Below are positions 25,201-38,786 of a stretch of 64,000 nucleotides of DNA, in pieces. The notes below the pieces were generated by a model that was not told the origin of the DNA, searched no databases, and was given only the letters and a program-made list of their open reading frames with translations. Position numbers and translations under genes: made by a program. Numbering within the stretch: position 1 is the stretch's first letter; each line of letters starts with the position of its first letter. Source of the DNA: Selaginella moellendorffii (Eukaryota; Plantae; Lycopodiophyta); NCBI RefSeq assembly GCF_000143415.4, contig NW_003314262.1, forward strand, positions 3,854,021 through 3,918,020, given 5' to 3'.

Positions 25201-26374
25201 GCAATGATGACAACCCTGTCTATAATTCTTCACAAAGAACTTCTGCTTCTTGGACCCCTTTGCATCCGAGGTAGTCACCACTGACTTCAACTTGTGATGC
25301 TTGTTCCCATCCTTGTGTCCACGGCGATCATCACGACGATTCTCGACAGAAGGACTCCGCGACCGCTTGTGAGACTTGTGCTTGTCATTGTCAAGTCGAT
25401 GAGCCGCATCAAAGAGCTCCTCCAAACTCTTTGTAGGCTGAGAATGACGCAAGTGTTGCCGCATGCTCTCACTATGTAGGCCATCAATGAAGTAGGACTT
25501 GTTCTGATCTGGATCCTTTGTTGGAACACGACAAATCAAGCGAGTAAGCTTCTCAATATAATCCCCGAGCGTCATTTTCCCTTGCTGGAAATGGCGAAGT
25601 TCTGTACGAGCATTCTCCATGTCGTAATGAGGGGCAAAACATAAACGGAAAGCAGCCTCAAACTCATCCATGGTAGACACTGGTGGTTTCTTATCCGCAA
25701 CACGGGACTCCTCAAGCCAATTCCACCATCGAAGACCCGCATCACGCAAAACCATCGGAATAGCCACTAAAGCCTCTGCATCTGGAGTTCCTCTAGCAGC
25801 CAAGAACTTCTTCACATTAGCTAGCCAAGCAAGACACTCGTCCACACCACCATCACCAGAAAAGGTTGGAATCTTGAGTCGATCTACCAAAGAAGGCTTA
25901 CTTGGAGCGCTACCCCGTCCAACCTCGAGTGCCTCAACACGCCCACGCATGGTATCCATCATGCCATGCATCTCGTCTTGCATCTCTTGCTGATTTTTAT
26001 TAAGGGCTCGCAGCTCATGAACCACATCTTGAATGGTCCAAATCTCTGCAGCTTCGTCGGCACCATCGTCGGCACCACCATCGATGATAGGATTCCAGCG
26101 TTCAGCTTGGTCGGCCATCGCAACCAATTCTCTGATACCAATGTTATGATCCGGCGCAAAAAGACAAAGATCTAGTTGCCCTAGACTATGCTACGCCACC
26201 TCTTGAGGTTCCTCACCACCCAACCACCCCCGAGCTACCTCAAAAGCTCCACTGCGCCGCCGCTCCACTGTGAGCCCTAGGGTAGGTTAAGTCCCTTACC
26301 CTAACATGCCTTAATATACCCTTGAGCCTCCCTTTGACCGACGTTGACCACATAGTCAAAGCTGGCGCCTAACA
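22300..26374 (-). mobile_element. Ty3/gypsy element A, 233-bp LTRs, RT domain deleted
   Basis: LTRs 22300..22532 and 26142..26374 with 6 transitions. TSD ACTGC, Met-PBS 26129-40, PPT 22533ff. Gag-protease 26127..24520 (CHHCGELGHYKADC, LLDSGS) abuts connection/RNase H/integrase 24520..22607. Confidence 0.95.
24302..24466. other. Assembly gap (165 N)
   Basis: Run of N inside the pol region of element A. Confidence 1.
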
Positions 26375-28044
26375 ACTGCGCTGATTGACATGTATGCCGC
26401 ATGTGGCAGCTTGCGAGGCACAATTGGTGTGTTCCAAGGGATGAAGAAGAAAGATGTGGTGGCCTGGAAGTGCAGTAAGTCGCGGAATTGGATATTTTCT
26501 TGAGCCTCTCATCATCTTGGGATTGTTTGGAAAGAAGCCACTTTCGATCACACTGAGAGGTATGTTTTCCTCCATATCCATATTGTTTTTTTCCTTTTCC
26601 TTCCTTGTTTCTTTCTTCTTCATGTTTCGATTTCCAAGTCTCTTGGTTGTTAACTAGGATTCTTTGTGGCCTGTTGTAGCGCACCTGAATTTGGAGCCGA
26701 ACTCCAAGCCCGTTGCGCTATGAAACGAGGGTCCGGTACAATCCCACGAGCACTAGCTCCCCGTATCCAGCACCTGCATGCAAAATGGTGTCAGACGGAG
26801 TCTGGCACAATTTTGGCATACCGGTGGCCTAACGCGAGGAGGAGGGTACTCCACCGACTAGAGCAGCGTGGAGCTTGGGATTAAACCCAAGCCGGACGTA
26901 GAACAAGGAGCGACACAGCTCAGCGGGAGCCAAATTAATGTCTTAGGTGGTCGGACATGCATTCCAACCACTATCCCTACTATACATTTGGAACCCCCCA
27001 TAGCACCCCCCCCCCCCCCCCTTTGAGGAACACACGCTTTGGGCTTTCACCCCAAGCCTCCCTTAGTACCAGGAGTTAGTCTCTGGGACAAGCTCGAAAC
27101 TTACTAAATATGGAATGGCGCTAGATTGTGAATTTGGACATGGAACGAACACCATTGTGTTCGGGCCAATCTCTACATTCCATAGATATGCCAAATGAGC
27201 GAATCTAAGCACTTTCCATAAATAGCATTTGGGACCGAAATGAGACTAACACAAAGGGCGTGATAGCGAGGGTGTTTGGCAGACACGGTAAGCTATCATC
27301 CGGCGATATTGAGGGACTAGTCTCAATATGCGAGGGTTCTTGCCAAGCCAATGCAAAACAGAGCAAAAGAGAACTAAAATGCTGGGCCAAGTATGCTTGG
27401 CAAAATAGACACTTAGGAATTCCGTCCTTATGCTCATCCGGCCAAGTACAGATGCTAAGTCTAGTTTACTAACACTTGGACAAGAGGGGCCAATAAAGGG
27501 AACCAGAAGTACCGACCTCCTGCCGTCATGGCAGTAAGGAGAGAGTGCCCGTAAGGACTGGTCGACAAGTATCTTTCGATACCCGAAGTCACATTCGTGA
27601 CACTCTCCCCCCCTTGGGGAAGATCGACGTCCTCATCGATGCATACCTGAGTATAGCAAACCGTCAAGGAAACAACTCCGAAAGTTAATAGTAAGCACAC
27701 TATGTGGGAAACGCACCGACTTAAATGAGTTATGGAATGACCTCTCCTCTACGTCTAAAGATGTTAAGACTCAGACACCCTCCAGCCGTCGCTGACAAGG
27801 AAATGACTAATAGAGTTAGCCACCCTTGCTGCTCCGAGTACCACTCGGCTTACAAAGGAATGATACATCCCTGCCCGCAGGGATATAGGGAGAAGGCCAG
27901 AGGCCCAATGTCCCTTGAGCAAGAAATCAACCCCGTCGGGAAGATTTAGATAACTACTATAAACTGGCAGATTAAGTTGTTTACACGACCACGCCCCTTT
28001 TGAAAATGAGTCATCGAGGGAGAGGTGGGGACTTGTGATCAGTC

Positions 28045-31000
28045 TGTCAGGAATCCCCCAATTCTTGCCACATTCCTGACTCTCGCCGGATTCCTGACCT
28101 GCAGACCACATTCCTGACTCTCGAGACACTTCTCTATTCCTGACTCTCGAGACACTTCCCGATTCCTGAGTCTCGAGACACATTCCTGATGATGATGTGG
28201 CGCCTCCTCGACCTCAGCTGTATTTAGGCCGTCCTCGATCCAAGAGTGGTGGAGCTTCATCAACCTATAGTATATATAGGTTAGCCTTGTTCCATTTCTC
28301 CATAATCTGAATCAACACCAGTCTAAGGCCTCTTCTTTGTTTTCACTAGCTTTTTCTCTTTGTCTTTAGCATTTTCTAGTCTTGATCTTGTTGGGGGTCT
28401 TGACAGTTTGATTCAGATTGTGTTTTTTGCTTTTCTTTTAGCTTATTTTGATTATTTGATTGCCTTTGTCTTTTTCCCCCCTTCTTTTCTTTCTTCTTGC
28501 CAATGGAGTCTCTAAGGCATCCTGATTTCTTTGCCGAAGTCCTTGCAAAAATCCAGTCTGAGAATACCGAGCTGAAGGCGACCCTTCTTCGCATGCAGCA
28601 GGAGCTTGCTTCACTTTTGGCTCAAGGATCCAGCAAAGTTCCTGAACCGAAGGTGAGTTTCCCGGCGAAAGTTTCAGGCAAGCGTTCGGAGCTTCGTGGA
28701 TTTTTGAACCAAATGGAGCTAATCTTTGCACTTCAACATCGGCGGTACCCCACTCCCGAGTCTCAAATCAGCGCGATTGGGACGTTGCTCGAGGGTGCAG
28801 CTTTGTCATGGTTTTCTCCTCTTCTGGAGAAGAGCATGAAAGGGGTCGTGGTTCCGGAGCTGATGGATCTTCAATTGTTCAAAGAGAAGCTCGAAGCATG
28901 TTTTGGCGAGACGGATCGGGTTCGGGCTGCTACCACAAAGATGAGACGTCTCTCTCAGGGGTCTCGTCCTGCCTCGATCTACGCTGCAGAGTTCCAACTC
29001 CTTGCCTTGGACACTCAGTGGGATGAGCGGGCCCTGATTGACCAATTTCGTTTCGGCCTCAACAACGGTGTCAAGGATTTGTTGCTCACCATGGAGGATC
29101 CCAAGGACCTGTCGGACGCCATCAACAAAGCTGTTCGATGTGACAATCGTCTCTTTGAACGTCGTCAGGAAAGTCGCCGCGCCGCTGTTTTTCCGTCCCA
29201 GACTCAGGAATCCCAGCTTGAGTCTTCGGGGCATAGTCCTGAACCTACTGCTCCGGTCCCGATGGATATTTCTGGTACTCCCCGACTCATTAGAGGGAAG
29301 TTGAGTCCTGCTGAGAGGCAACGTCGAATATCTCATAATCTTTGCCTCTATTGTGCTGATCCTAATCACAAAGCAGCTGTGTGTCCCAGGAAGCCTCCCC
29401 AATTGCTCGAGTTCACTCTGCCTCAAAGTCCACCTCTGTTGCAGTCGGGAAATGACCCTGTCCAAATAGAGTAGGAGCTGTCTGTTTGGACTCCCCAAAT
29501 AAAAATCACTTTTCTTCTTTATCAAGCTCCTCACCACCTTTCATCAAAGCCACCACCAATTCCTGCAACTTCCGCGTCCCATGTCTCCTTTCTTTCACCG
29601 GACAATCAGGACTCAAGGCTTTGGCGCTACTGGACTTGGGTGCAACTTCCTGCTTCATGGACACGGACTTTGCTGCCCAACATCACGTTCCTCTTTCTCC
29701 TACCATACGGGATCTGAGGGTTGAAGGCATCGGCGGGCATTTTGTGTCTCCATCTTCTGGACTTAGGGAAACGTTGCCCGTTCGAGTACACATCGGGTCC
29801 ACCGTCACCGATATTGCCTTCAACATCATCAATAGCAAGTCCTCCTCTGTGGTGCTCGGTCTTCCTTGGTTCCAACTACATCAGCCTCAGATTTGTTGGA
29901 AGGACTTACAGCTCATCTCTCCCACATCACCATCTCCCACGGCTTCCCCTAGTGTTCATCGAGTCCGAATCAAGAAAAGTTCCCTAAACTCAAGTCGGGG
30001 TTCTGTTCCTGACTCTACGAAGTTTTCATCCTCTTCTTTTTCCTCTCTTCCATCTTACACTGGACAGTATCCTCGTCTCATCATTCCATTTAGTCGTACC
30101 CCTCCTCCTATCTCCATAATCACTATGAAAGAACTCCTTCATGAAGAACCTCTTTTTCTTTTTGCTTTGCATGTTTCTCCTGTCAGTCTTCCTGAGAAGT
30201 ATCATGATTTTGGGGATGTGTTTGACAAGAAAAAAGCTAGTGTACTGCCTGTTCATCGGCTTTATGATTGTCCCATTGATTTACAGGAAGGAGCGTCACC
30301 TCCGTGGGGGCCTATCTACGGGTTATCCCTGTCCGAGCTTAGGGCCCTCAAAGAGTACGTGGATGAGAACCTTGCCTCGGGCTACATTCAGCATTCGCAG
30401 TCCCCGGCTGGAGCGCCTGTCTTCTTTGTCAAGAAGAAGGATGGGAGATTGCGGCTAGTCATCGACTACCGAGGTTTGAACAAGGTGACTGTTCGGAACC
30501 GTTATCCACTGCCCTTGATCTCGGACCTGTTGGAACGCCTCGGCGGTGCCCGCTTCTTCACCAAGATCGACCTCCGTGGAGCATACAACCTGATCCGGAT
30601 CCGGCCTGGTGATGAATGGAAGACTGCGTTCCGAACCCGCTATGGCCACTTCGAGTACACTGTCATGCCATTTGGCTTGACAAATGCTCCAGCGGTTTTC
30701 CAACACATGGCGAACGATATTTTTCGGGAGTTTCTTGATCAGATGGTGATCGTCTACCTCGATGACATCCTCATCTACTCAAAAACTCAGGAGGAGCATG
30801 ACGAACATGTTCGCAAGGTGCTAGCGAAGCTGCGAGAACACGGCCTATACGCGAAGCTTGAGAAATGTTCCTTTGATCAGCAGTCTGTGGAGTTCCTTGG
30901 GTACATTGTCACTCCTGAGGGTATCACGATGGATCCTGCTAAAATCAAGACTATTCTCGAATGGGAGCCTCCACAATCCATGTCGGATGTTCAGGTTTTC

Positions 31001-33492
31001 CTTGGCTTCGCCAACTTCTACCGCAAATTCATTGATCACTACTCTGACATTGTCCTTCCTCTCACACATCTCACTCGCAAGGATGTTCCCTTCTCTTGGT
31101 CTGCTGCTGCCCAGCAGGCCTTCGACACACTCAAGGCGGCCTTCAGTTCTGCTCCTGTCTTGATCCATGCTGATTCCTCACAACCTTTCTTCATCGAGGC
31201 TGACGCCTCCGACTTTGCCATTGGTGCTGTGCTGTCTCAACTCGGAGCGGATCACAAACTTCATCCGGTCGCTTTCCATTCTCGGAAATTCCAGCCTGCG
31301 GAGATCAATTACGAAATCCACGACAAGGAGCTCCTTGCCATCGTGGATTCCTTTGGAGAGTGGCACCATTTCTTGGAGGGGGCGAGCCATCAAACAACAG
31401 TCTAGACAGATCACAAAAATCTCAAGTACTTTGCCACTTCCCGAGTTTTAAGCCGTCGTCAAGCAAGGTGGGCACAATTCCTGAGTCGGTTTGACTTTGT
31501 TATCAAGTACAGACCTGGAAAGTTTCAAGGCCTTCCTGATGCTCTTTCAAGGCGCTCCTATCTCAGTCTCAGGCCTGGTAATCCTGCCTTCGATCAACAG
31601 GATCAAGTTATCCTCGGTCCTGATCGGCTTCAAGTTATGGCAATTTCGCTGGCCCCTCAGGACTCCTCCTTGATGGATGCAATCAGAAACGATCTTCAAT
31701 CCGATGATCTCGCTAGCGACATTTTCCCCCATCTTCAGGCTGGACACCCAGTGACTCCCGACTGCCGGCGATTTGACGAGTTCGAGTTCTTAGATGGCTT
31801 ATTGTACCGTGGGGAGCAGCTTTACGTTCTTGAAGGTGATGCTCGAAGGTTGGTCCTGATGGCATGCCACGATAGCCCGACTGCTGGTCACTTCGGCATT
31901 GCAAAAACCTATTAGCTAGTTGCACGGGACTTTTGGTGGCCTCACATGGACGACTACATCAAAGCTTTTGTTACCTCCTGTGACACTTGTGCCCGGAATA
32001 AGGTACCTCGCCACCTTCCTTCAGGTTTGCTTCGTTCCCTTCCGGTCCTTTCAGGTCCTTGGGAATCCATCTCTATGGATTTCTTGAGTGATCTTCCGAG
32101 TTCTGGAGGCTTCAACAGCATTTTAGTCGTGGTGGATCGCTTCACAAAGATGGCGCACTTCTTGCCATGTACCAAGGAGTTTTCGGGTGAGGACATGGCA
32201 AAACTGGTATTCAGGGAAATTTTCCGACTTCATGGGATTTCTACAGATGTGGTTTCGGATCGGGGGCCTCAGTTCATCTCTCATTTCTGGCAACGGTTTT
32301 TGCAGCTGCTTGGAGTGAAGGCCAACCTCTCTTCGCCATATCATCCTCAAACTGATGGGCAGTCCGAGCGAACGATTCAGACGTTGGAACAATTCTTGAG
32401 GTGCTTCATCAACTATCATCAGGATAACTGGTTCGATATCCTTCCCCTTGCTGAGTTCTCCTATAACAACTCTGTTCACTCATCTCTTCGAGTTTCCCCC
32501 TTCTTTGCGAACTCTGGCCGAAATCCCCGATTCAATCTCTCACTTCCTTCTCCATCTGAATCCTCTCGTTCAAATCCCCGCTCTGAGGCATTTATCTCCA
32601 ACCTCCAGGAAATCCACAACTCCATCTCCTTCCACCTCCATCGTGCTTAGGAATCTCATAAAACATTTGCCAATGTCCATCGTCAGGATTGTCCCCCTTA
32701 CAATATCGGGGATAAAGTCTGGCTCCTCAGGCGAAATATCTCCACCACCAGGCCCTGTCCAAAACTCGATTTCAAATGCCTTGGTCCTTTCCCTATCACT
32801 GCCATCATTAATCCTGTCACTTATCGCCTTACACTTCCCTCCTCATATCAAATTCACCCCGTTTTTCACTCCTCTCTCCTTGAGCCTTATATTCCCAGTC
32901 CTATTCCAAATCGGGTCATTCCTCCGCCTCCACCAGTGCAACTCGAGGATGGGTCTGAGTACAAGGTTCAGGACATCCTTGATTCCAAGATTTCACGGTC
33001 TAAACTCTATTATCTGGTGGACTGGAAGGGTTACGGACCTGAGGAACGCACTTGGGAACCTGCGGACAACCTGATTCATTCTCCTGACCTTGTTCAGGAC
33101 TTCCACCGCCGCTATCCTTCTCATCCCAGTCCTCATTTTTTTTCTCCATCTCCCATCCCTCGCCGCTCATCTCATCCTCCTCTTTGTTCTCGTTCACATC
33201 CTCGTTCCACTCGTTCTTGAGGAGGGGGTGCTTTCAGGAATCCCCCAATTCTTGCCACATTCCTGACTCTCGCCGGATTCCTGACCTGCAGACCATATTC
33301 CTGACTCTCAAGACACTTCCCTATTCCTGACTCTCGAGACACTTCCCGATTCCTGAGTCTCGAGACACATTCCTGATGATGATGTGGCGCCTCCTCGACC
33401 TCAGCTGTATTTAGGCCGTCCTCGATCCAAGAGTGGTGGAGCTTCATCAACCTATAGTATATATAGGTTAGCCTTGTTCCATTTCTCTATAA
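28045..33492 (+). mobile_element. Tcn1/sushi-like chromovirus E nested in element C; ~261-bp LTRs (28045..28305, 33232..33492)
   Basis: Gag 28497..29474 (CLYCADPNHKAAVC), pol in the -1 frame (YLDD), integrase, chromodomain ~32950-33110. PPT 33219-31. Probable TSD CAGTC/TAGTT. LTR contains TTCCTGACTCTCG repeats. Confidence 0.93.
29447..29531 (+). other. -1 ribosomal frameshift signal: slippery G GGA AAT plus predicted H-type pseudoknot
   Basis: 6-nt spacer. Stem 1 29460-70/29481-91, stem 2 AGGAGCT 29473-79/AGCTCCT 29525-31. Gag and pol frames differ by -1. Confidence 0.8.
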
Positions 33493-36400
33493 TAGTTATC
33501 CCCATAGTTATGGATTGGACCCATGCACCGAAGTGCCGAAGTCAGCCTGCCAAAGCTGACCCAAGTACAAACGAACGATAGAAACGACACTTTGATTTAT
33601 AGAAATATATTACTTTATTAATTTGCAAGATTTATTACAAGATTTTACAAAAGCTACCTTATATTACTATTCTCATACTCCGTGACAAGCTCACAGGCAT
33701 GTGTAAGATTACTATGAGGCTCCCAAGTTGATTCACAAGTTGGGTAACCTTTCCACTTAACTAGATACTCTCGACGTTTGGCACGTTTAAGCCAGCGCGA
33801 ATCCAAAATAGCTTCGACTTCATACTCAGGTTCACCATCCACAACGTCTGGCGGTGGACGAATCTCCCATTGACGTGCAACATCCATAGTATAAGGTGCC
33901 AATAAATTGGCATGAAATACATTATGAACATTGGACATCTCCGCAGGCAGATCCAACCGATAGGATACATCACCAAGACGTTTTAACACCCGATAGGACC
34001 CAACATATCTCGGCAAGAGCTTCCGAGACAAAGAACCCTTAATGTTCAAGTTTCGGGAAGATAGCCACACCTGATCTTCCACTTGATAGGATACATCCCG
34101 ACGATGCTGATCCTTATCACGTCGATACCTATCTTGAGCTTTGCCCATCGCCTCAGTTGCTCTAGACCAACCTTGACATAGCTGCTCCACATAAGTCTCA
34201 ACGGCCGGGACCAACACTTCGGACATTGGTTTCGGTACAACAATCTGTTGGGGAACCCCACGAGCATTTCCTTGCAGCATCTCCCATGGAGAACAGCCTA
34301 TAGTGCTGTGAAATGTGTTGTTATAACAGATTTCTGCTGTATCCAAATGCTCAACCCAGTCGCGTTGGTCCGCCGTGACATAGTACCGCAGATAATCCTC
34401 AACTTGAGCATTCATGCGTTCGGTCTGCCCATCAGTCTGAGGATGATAAGCCGTACTAAACTTCAACTTAGTACCAAACAGCTGGAACAGTGTGCCCCAA
34501 AACTTCCCCGTAAACCTCGAATCCCTATCCGAGATCATCTCTTCGGGAAGACCACGAACCCACACTACTTCATGGAAAAAGAGCTTTGCTGCTTGTTTCG
34601 CATTCACTGTTCCCACAGTTGGAATGAAGTGTGCAATCTTCAACAACCGATCCACAACCACCATCAAAGTATCATAACTCTTAGACTTCGGCAAGCAAGT
34701 GACGAAATCAAGTGTCACACTTTGAAATGGCCATGCCGGTGCTGGAATGCACTGCAACTTTCCAGCCTGCTTCTCAGCTTTTCGCTTACATTGCTGGCAT
34801 ATAGGGCAGGAACGGACATAGTCCGCTACATCACCTTCCATACTAGACCAGAAAAATCCCTTTTTCAATGAAGCCAGAGTCTTTCGCTTTCCACCATGTC
34901 CCGCTGCCGGAACATCATGATGTTCCCGCAGAAATAATTGCTGAAGATCCTTAGAGGGAAGATACAATCTTTCTTGCTTATAGAATATAAGCCCATCCCG
35001 AACTGAGAAGTGAAGTTTCGCATTAGTGCGACTAGCAACTTTTGCTGCTTCGCTACCAGGGCTCTGCTTCAACAACCCCGCACGGCATAAGATTGCCTTC
35101 GCCAATGGATCACTTCCATACGACACTCCAACCCAACCTGGTGAGCCCGAACGTCTTCCAACCAGTCCGAACTTACTGCCGACATTGTCGGGAATTGAGC
35201 CTGATGACTTAACGCATCCGGAACAATATTGTCCTTACCAGGTTTATATATGATTTCAATATCATATCTAGCTAGCTTCTCTTGTCTCCAGTGTTCCAGG
35301 GCCGACACTATAGCAAACATCTCTTTCTCATGCGTTGGCCATCTTCGTTGGGTTTCATCCAATTTCTTGGAATAGAACGCAACGGGACAACCATGTCACC
35401 TTAGCATAACACCAACCGCTTTGTTACAATCTTGCTGTAACACGGCACCAAGAGCATATCCAGATGCATCACAATGCACTTCAAAGGGTTTATCAAGATC
35501 TGGGATCCTGAGAACAGGAACCGTAGTCAAGATCTCCTTCAATCGTACAAAAGCACGCTGACAAGCTGGTGTCCAATGAAACGGAATACTACTCTTCGTC
35601 AACTCAGTCAACGGAAGAGCAATTCTTGCAAAATTGCGGACAAACTTGCAATAGTATCCCGCCAAACCGAGAAAGGAACGAACATCTGATACAGTGGTCG
35701 GGATTTCCCAGGACTTCACCGCTTCCACTTTCTTTGGATCGACTTCAATCACGCCACCACCAACTATATGTCCGAGAAAGTTTACACGCAATTTGCTTTC
35801 CTTAGCATACAGTTTGTGTTCCGCAACTTCTGAAACACCAGCTCCAAGTGTTTCAAATGATCCTCCAACGTCTCACTGAAGACTAGAACATCGTCAATGT
35901 ATAGGACAACAAATGCGTCCAAATAATCTCCAAATATTCTATCCATCATAGTGCTGAACGTTGCTGGAGCATTGCATAACCCAAACGGCATGACAAGGAA
36001 CTCATAAGATCCATACCGAGTCTTAAAGGTTGTCTTCTCCACATCCTGATCCGCCACCCGTATCTGATGATACCCGGACCGCAAATCAAGTCGCGTAAAA
36101 TACTTAGCCTTTAAGAGTTGGTCAAACAAGTCATCAATGGGAGGCAAAAGATAACTGTTCTTGACCGTGATCTTGTTAAGTGCCCAATAGTCAATACACA
36201 TCCTCATAGTTCCATCCTTTTTCATAACAAAAAGGATTGGTGCTCCATAAGGTGACTTGCTAGGTCAGATATGACCTTTGTCAAGAAGCTCTGTGAGTTG
36301 CTTCTTGAGTTCAGCCATCTCCTTGATGTTCAACCGATATGGAGCTTTCATGGGTGGTTTAGAACCCGGAATAACCTCAATCCGATGATCAACCTCACGG

Positions 36401-38786
36401 CTAGGGGGTAGCTCTGGTGGCAAATCCTTCGGGAAGATATCCCGATTCTGCGCCAACAACTCCAATATCTTCTTTGGTACAGGATCAACCCCGTCGCCAA
36501 TTCGAACAGAGTCACCCACACTCTCAGCTTCCATCACTTGAACCCAAAAGGTCCAACATCCCCTCTTAGTTGCTTTTTGAGCGGCCCTCGCAGTCAGGAA
36601 CTTTCCATCCCAATCCTTTGAGGAACGCTTTTGCAACTGGAAGGACACATCGGGTCGTCCTTCGGACTTCAACATGATACGACTTTGTCCAGCACCATAA
36701 ATCCCTTTTATATACTTGTTGAAGAAATCCATACCAAACACCATCTGAAAATCTGGTATTTTCAACACTACCAAGTCCACTCTTTCTTTCCACTTGGATA
36801 TCTTTATTGGAACATCACTTACAAACTTTCTGGCTACTTGCCCATCTTCCGCAAACCGGAAGTGCATAGGCAACATTTGCTCAGCATTCAATCCTAACAA
36901 CTTAACTAAGTCTTCGGATATCACGTTGTGCGTAGCTCCTGTGTCAATCATCACTCGGATTCGGTGTCCACGGACAAAGCCTACCAAATACATCAACGGA
37001 TTAGTGTTTGCATTGACTGCAAGAAAAGCTTGGGGAAAGCAACGAAAGTTACTCACCTCTTGCTCCTCATAGTCTGCATTGACCAACTCGTCAACCCCTT
37101 CAGCCTTATCACCACCGTCTGCCCTCATGACATTAACTCGAGACTTTGTCTTATGCTTGTTGGGACAATCCGAGGACCTATGTTCTGACTCTCCACAATG
37201 GAAGCAATGACCCACACTACCCGTTCCGCTAGGAGCAGGTTTTGCAGGTTGCTGCTGCTTGTACCCACCAGGAGGAGGAACAGAGGGCCTAGGACCAGAA
37301 GAAGCTGTTGGTGGTCTCCAACCACCACCACCTTTGTTAACTGTTGCTTGTGAGCGACCAGGGTGGAACCTGCTTTCCACCCTCTGTTTCCGATCACCTT
37401 ATTTATTTCCAGAATTCTTATTCTTATCCGAGTTACCAGCATACGGTTGCTGATATTGTTCCATGAGTGAGTGACTAAAGGCAACTTGCTGCGCTGCCTC
37501 CTTACACTCCAGGTATGTCTTCGGCTTAAACTTCAAAATCTCATTATGAGAAAATGAACTTAAACCCTCCAAAAAATAACTCCGAGCATCTTTGTCACTC
37601 ATATTTACAATCATAATGCACTTCTGAGCAAACGCATTAACGTAATGCATGAGATCCCCTCGCTGCTTTAACCGCCGCAGCTCCGCGCGAAGTCTCAGAC
37701 CAAAATCATCCGGCAAGTATTCCTTACGGATACAAGACCGCATCTTGGTCCAACTTCTAGTCTGCCCTTTTTCAGCACACACTTGGCGCCACCAAGTTTT
37801 GGCATGATCGATGAGAAATGATTGCGCGCACACAACTTTCATACGATCATCTACATCTGCCGCTATGAAGTAGTTCTCCATATCGTAGACCCAATCTTCC
37901 AAAACCTAATAGTCCCGCATGCCTCTGAAGTTGGGTGGTTTCGGAGGCTTGAACTTTGAAACTCGTGCAACCGGGGGTGGCTGCAGAACTTCATCATCCT
38001 CAGAACTTGAAGAGGAGTCTGGTTGCTAGGCTTAGCTGGTTTAGCTGCCTCAGCTTCTTTCTTCCTCTTCTTGTTCTCCTTCTTCAATTTGCGAATCTCC
38101 TTTCGCAAATTCTCGATCTCGACTTCCTGAGCCGTACATTGCAACGCCGCAGCATTTGGCTCTTCCTCTTCTGACTCAGCCTCTGCCTCTTCCGCAACAT
38201 CTCTGATACCAAATGTATAGTAGGGATAGTGGTTGGAATGCATGTCCGACCACCTGAGACATTAGTTTGGCTCCCGCTGGGCTGTGTCGCTCCTTGTTCT
38301 GCGTCCGGGCCAAGTATGCTTGGCAAAATAGACACTTAGGAATTCCGTCCTTATGCTCATCCGGCCAAGTACAGATGCTAAGTCTAGTTTACTAACACTT
38401 GGACAAGAGGGGCCAATAAAGGGAACTAGCAGTACCGACCTCCTGCCGTCATGGTAGTAAGGAGAGAGTGCCCGTAAGGACTGGTCGACAAGTATCTTTC
38501 GATACCTGAAGTCACATTCGCGACACCTGTGACAAGCATTACAAATGACAGTAGGGATCCCTGCGTCGACACCTTTCACACAGCAACACTGCCAAAATGC
38601 TTAAGCACTTTGGTGTTCTAATTGAAGGCCTAGAACTCAAGGTTGTTACCTGCGGAGCTCCTCCCTTGGGCGGCAGTGAAGTCGTCCTTAAAGTTCCCAT
38701 TGTCCCCAAGAGCCTCACGGTCAGTTTCTCCAAACTCCTCTTCTTTTCTTTCTCTCCTCGCTAAGAATCCTTCACCAGGCTGCTAC

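Larger units (their letters stand above)
22150..26470 (+). pseudogene. Captured PPR fragment (22150..22299 + 26380..26470) split by an LTR element
   Basis: Rejoins across the TSD as GACCGSKFLPVGKQIHSQIVAAGWDSSLIVSTALIDMYAACGSL..VFQGMKKKDVVAW. Part of the same piece is at 15821-15872. Confidence 0.85.
26675..38525 (-). mobile_element. Ty3/gypsy chromovirus C in an RCL1 intron; 928-bp 3' LTR (26675..27602), rearranged 312-bp 5' LTR (38214..38525)
   Basis: TSD CCTGT, PBS 38201-11, PPT 27603ff. Gag, CFHCGESEHRSSDC, IDTGA, YIDD, RNase H, integrase and chromodomain (EYEVEAIL..YLVKWKGY..TWEP, ends 33654). Confidence 0.92.

Noticed and set aside
27034-27110. Hammerhead ribozyme / retrozyme suggested by the GAAA hairpin
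   Set aside because: No CTGATGA core at the required spacing on either strand.
38528-38786. TGTGA at 38528 as the start of LTR D
   Set aside because: The sequence is RCL1 intron and exon; the TSD GCTAC places the start at 38787.
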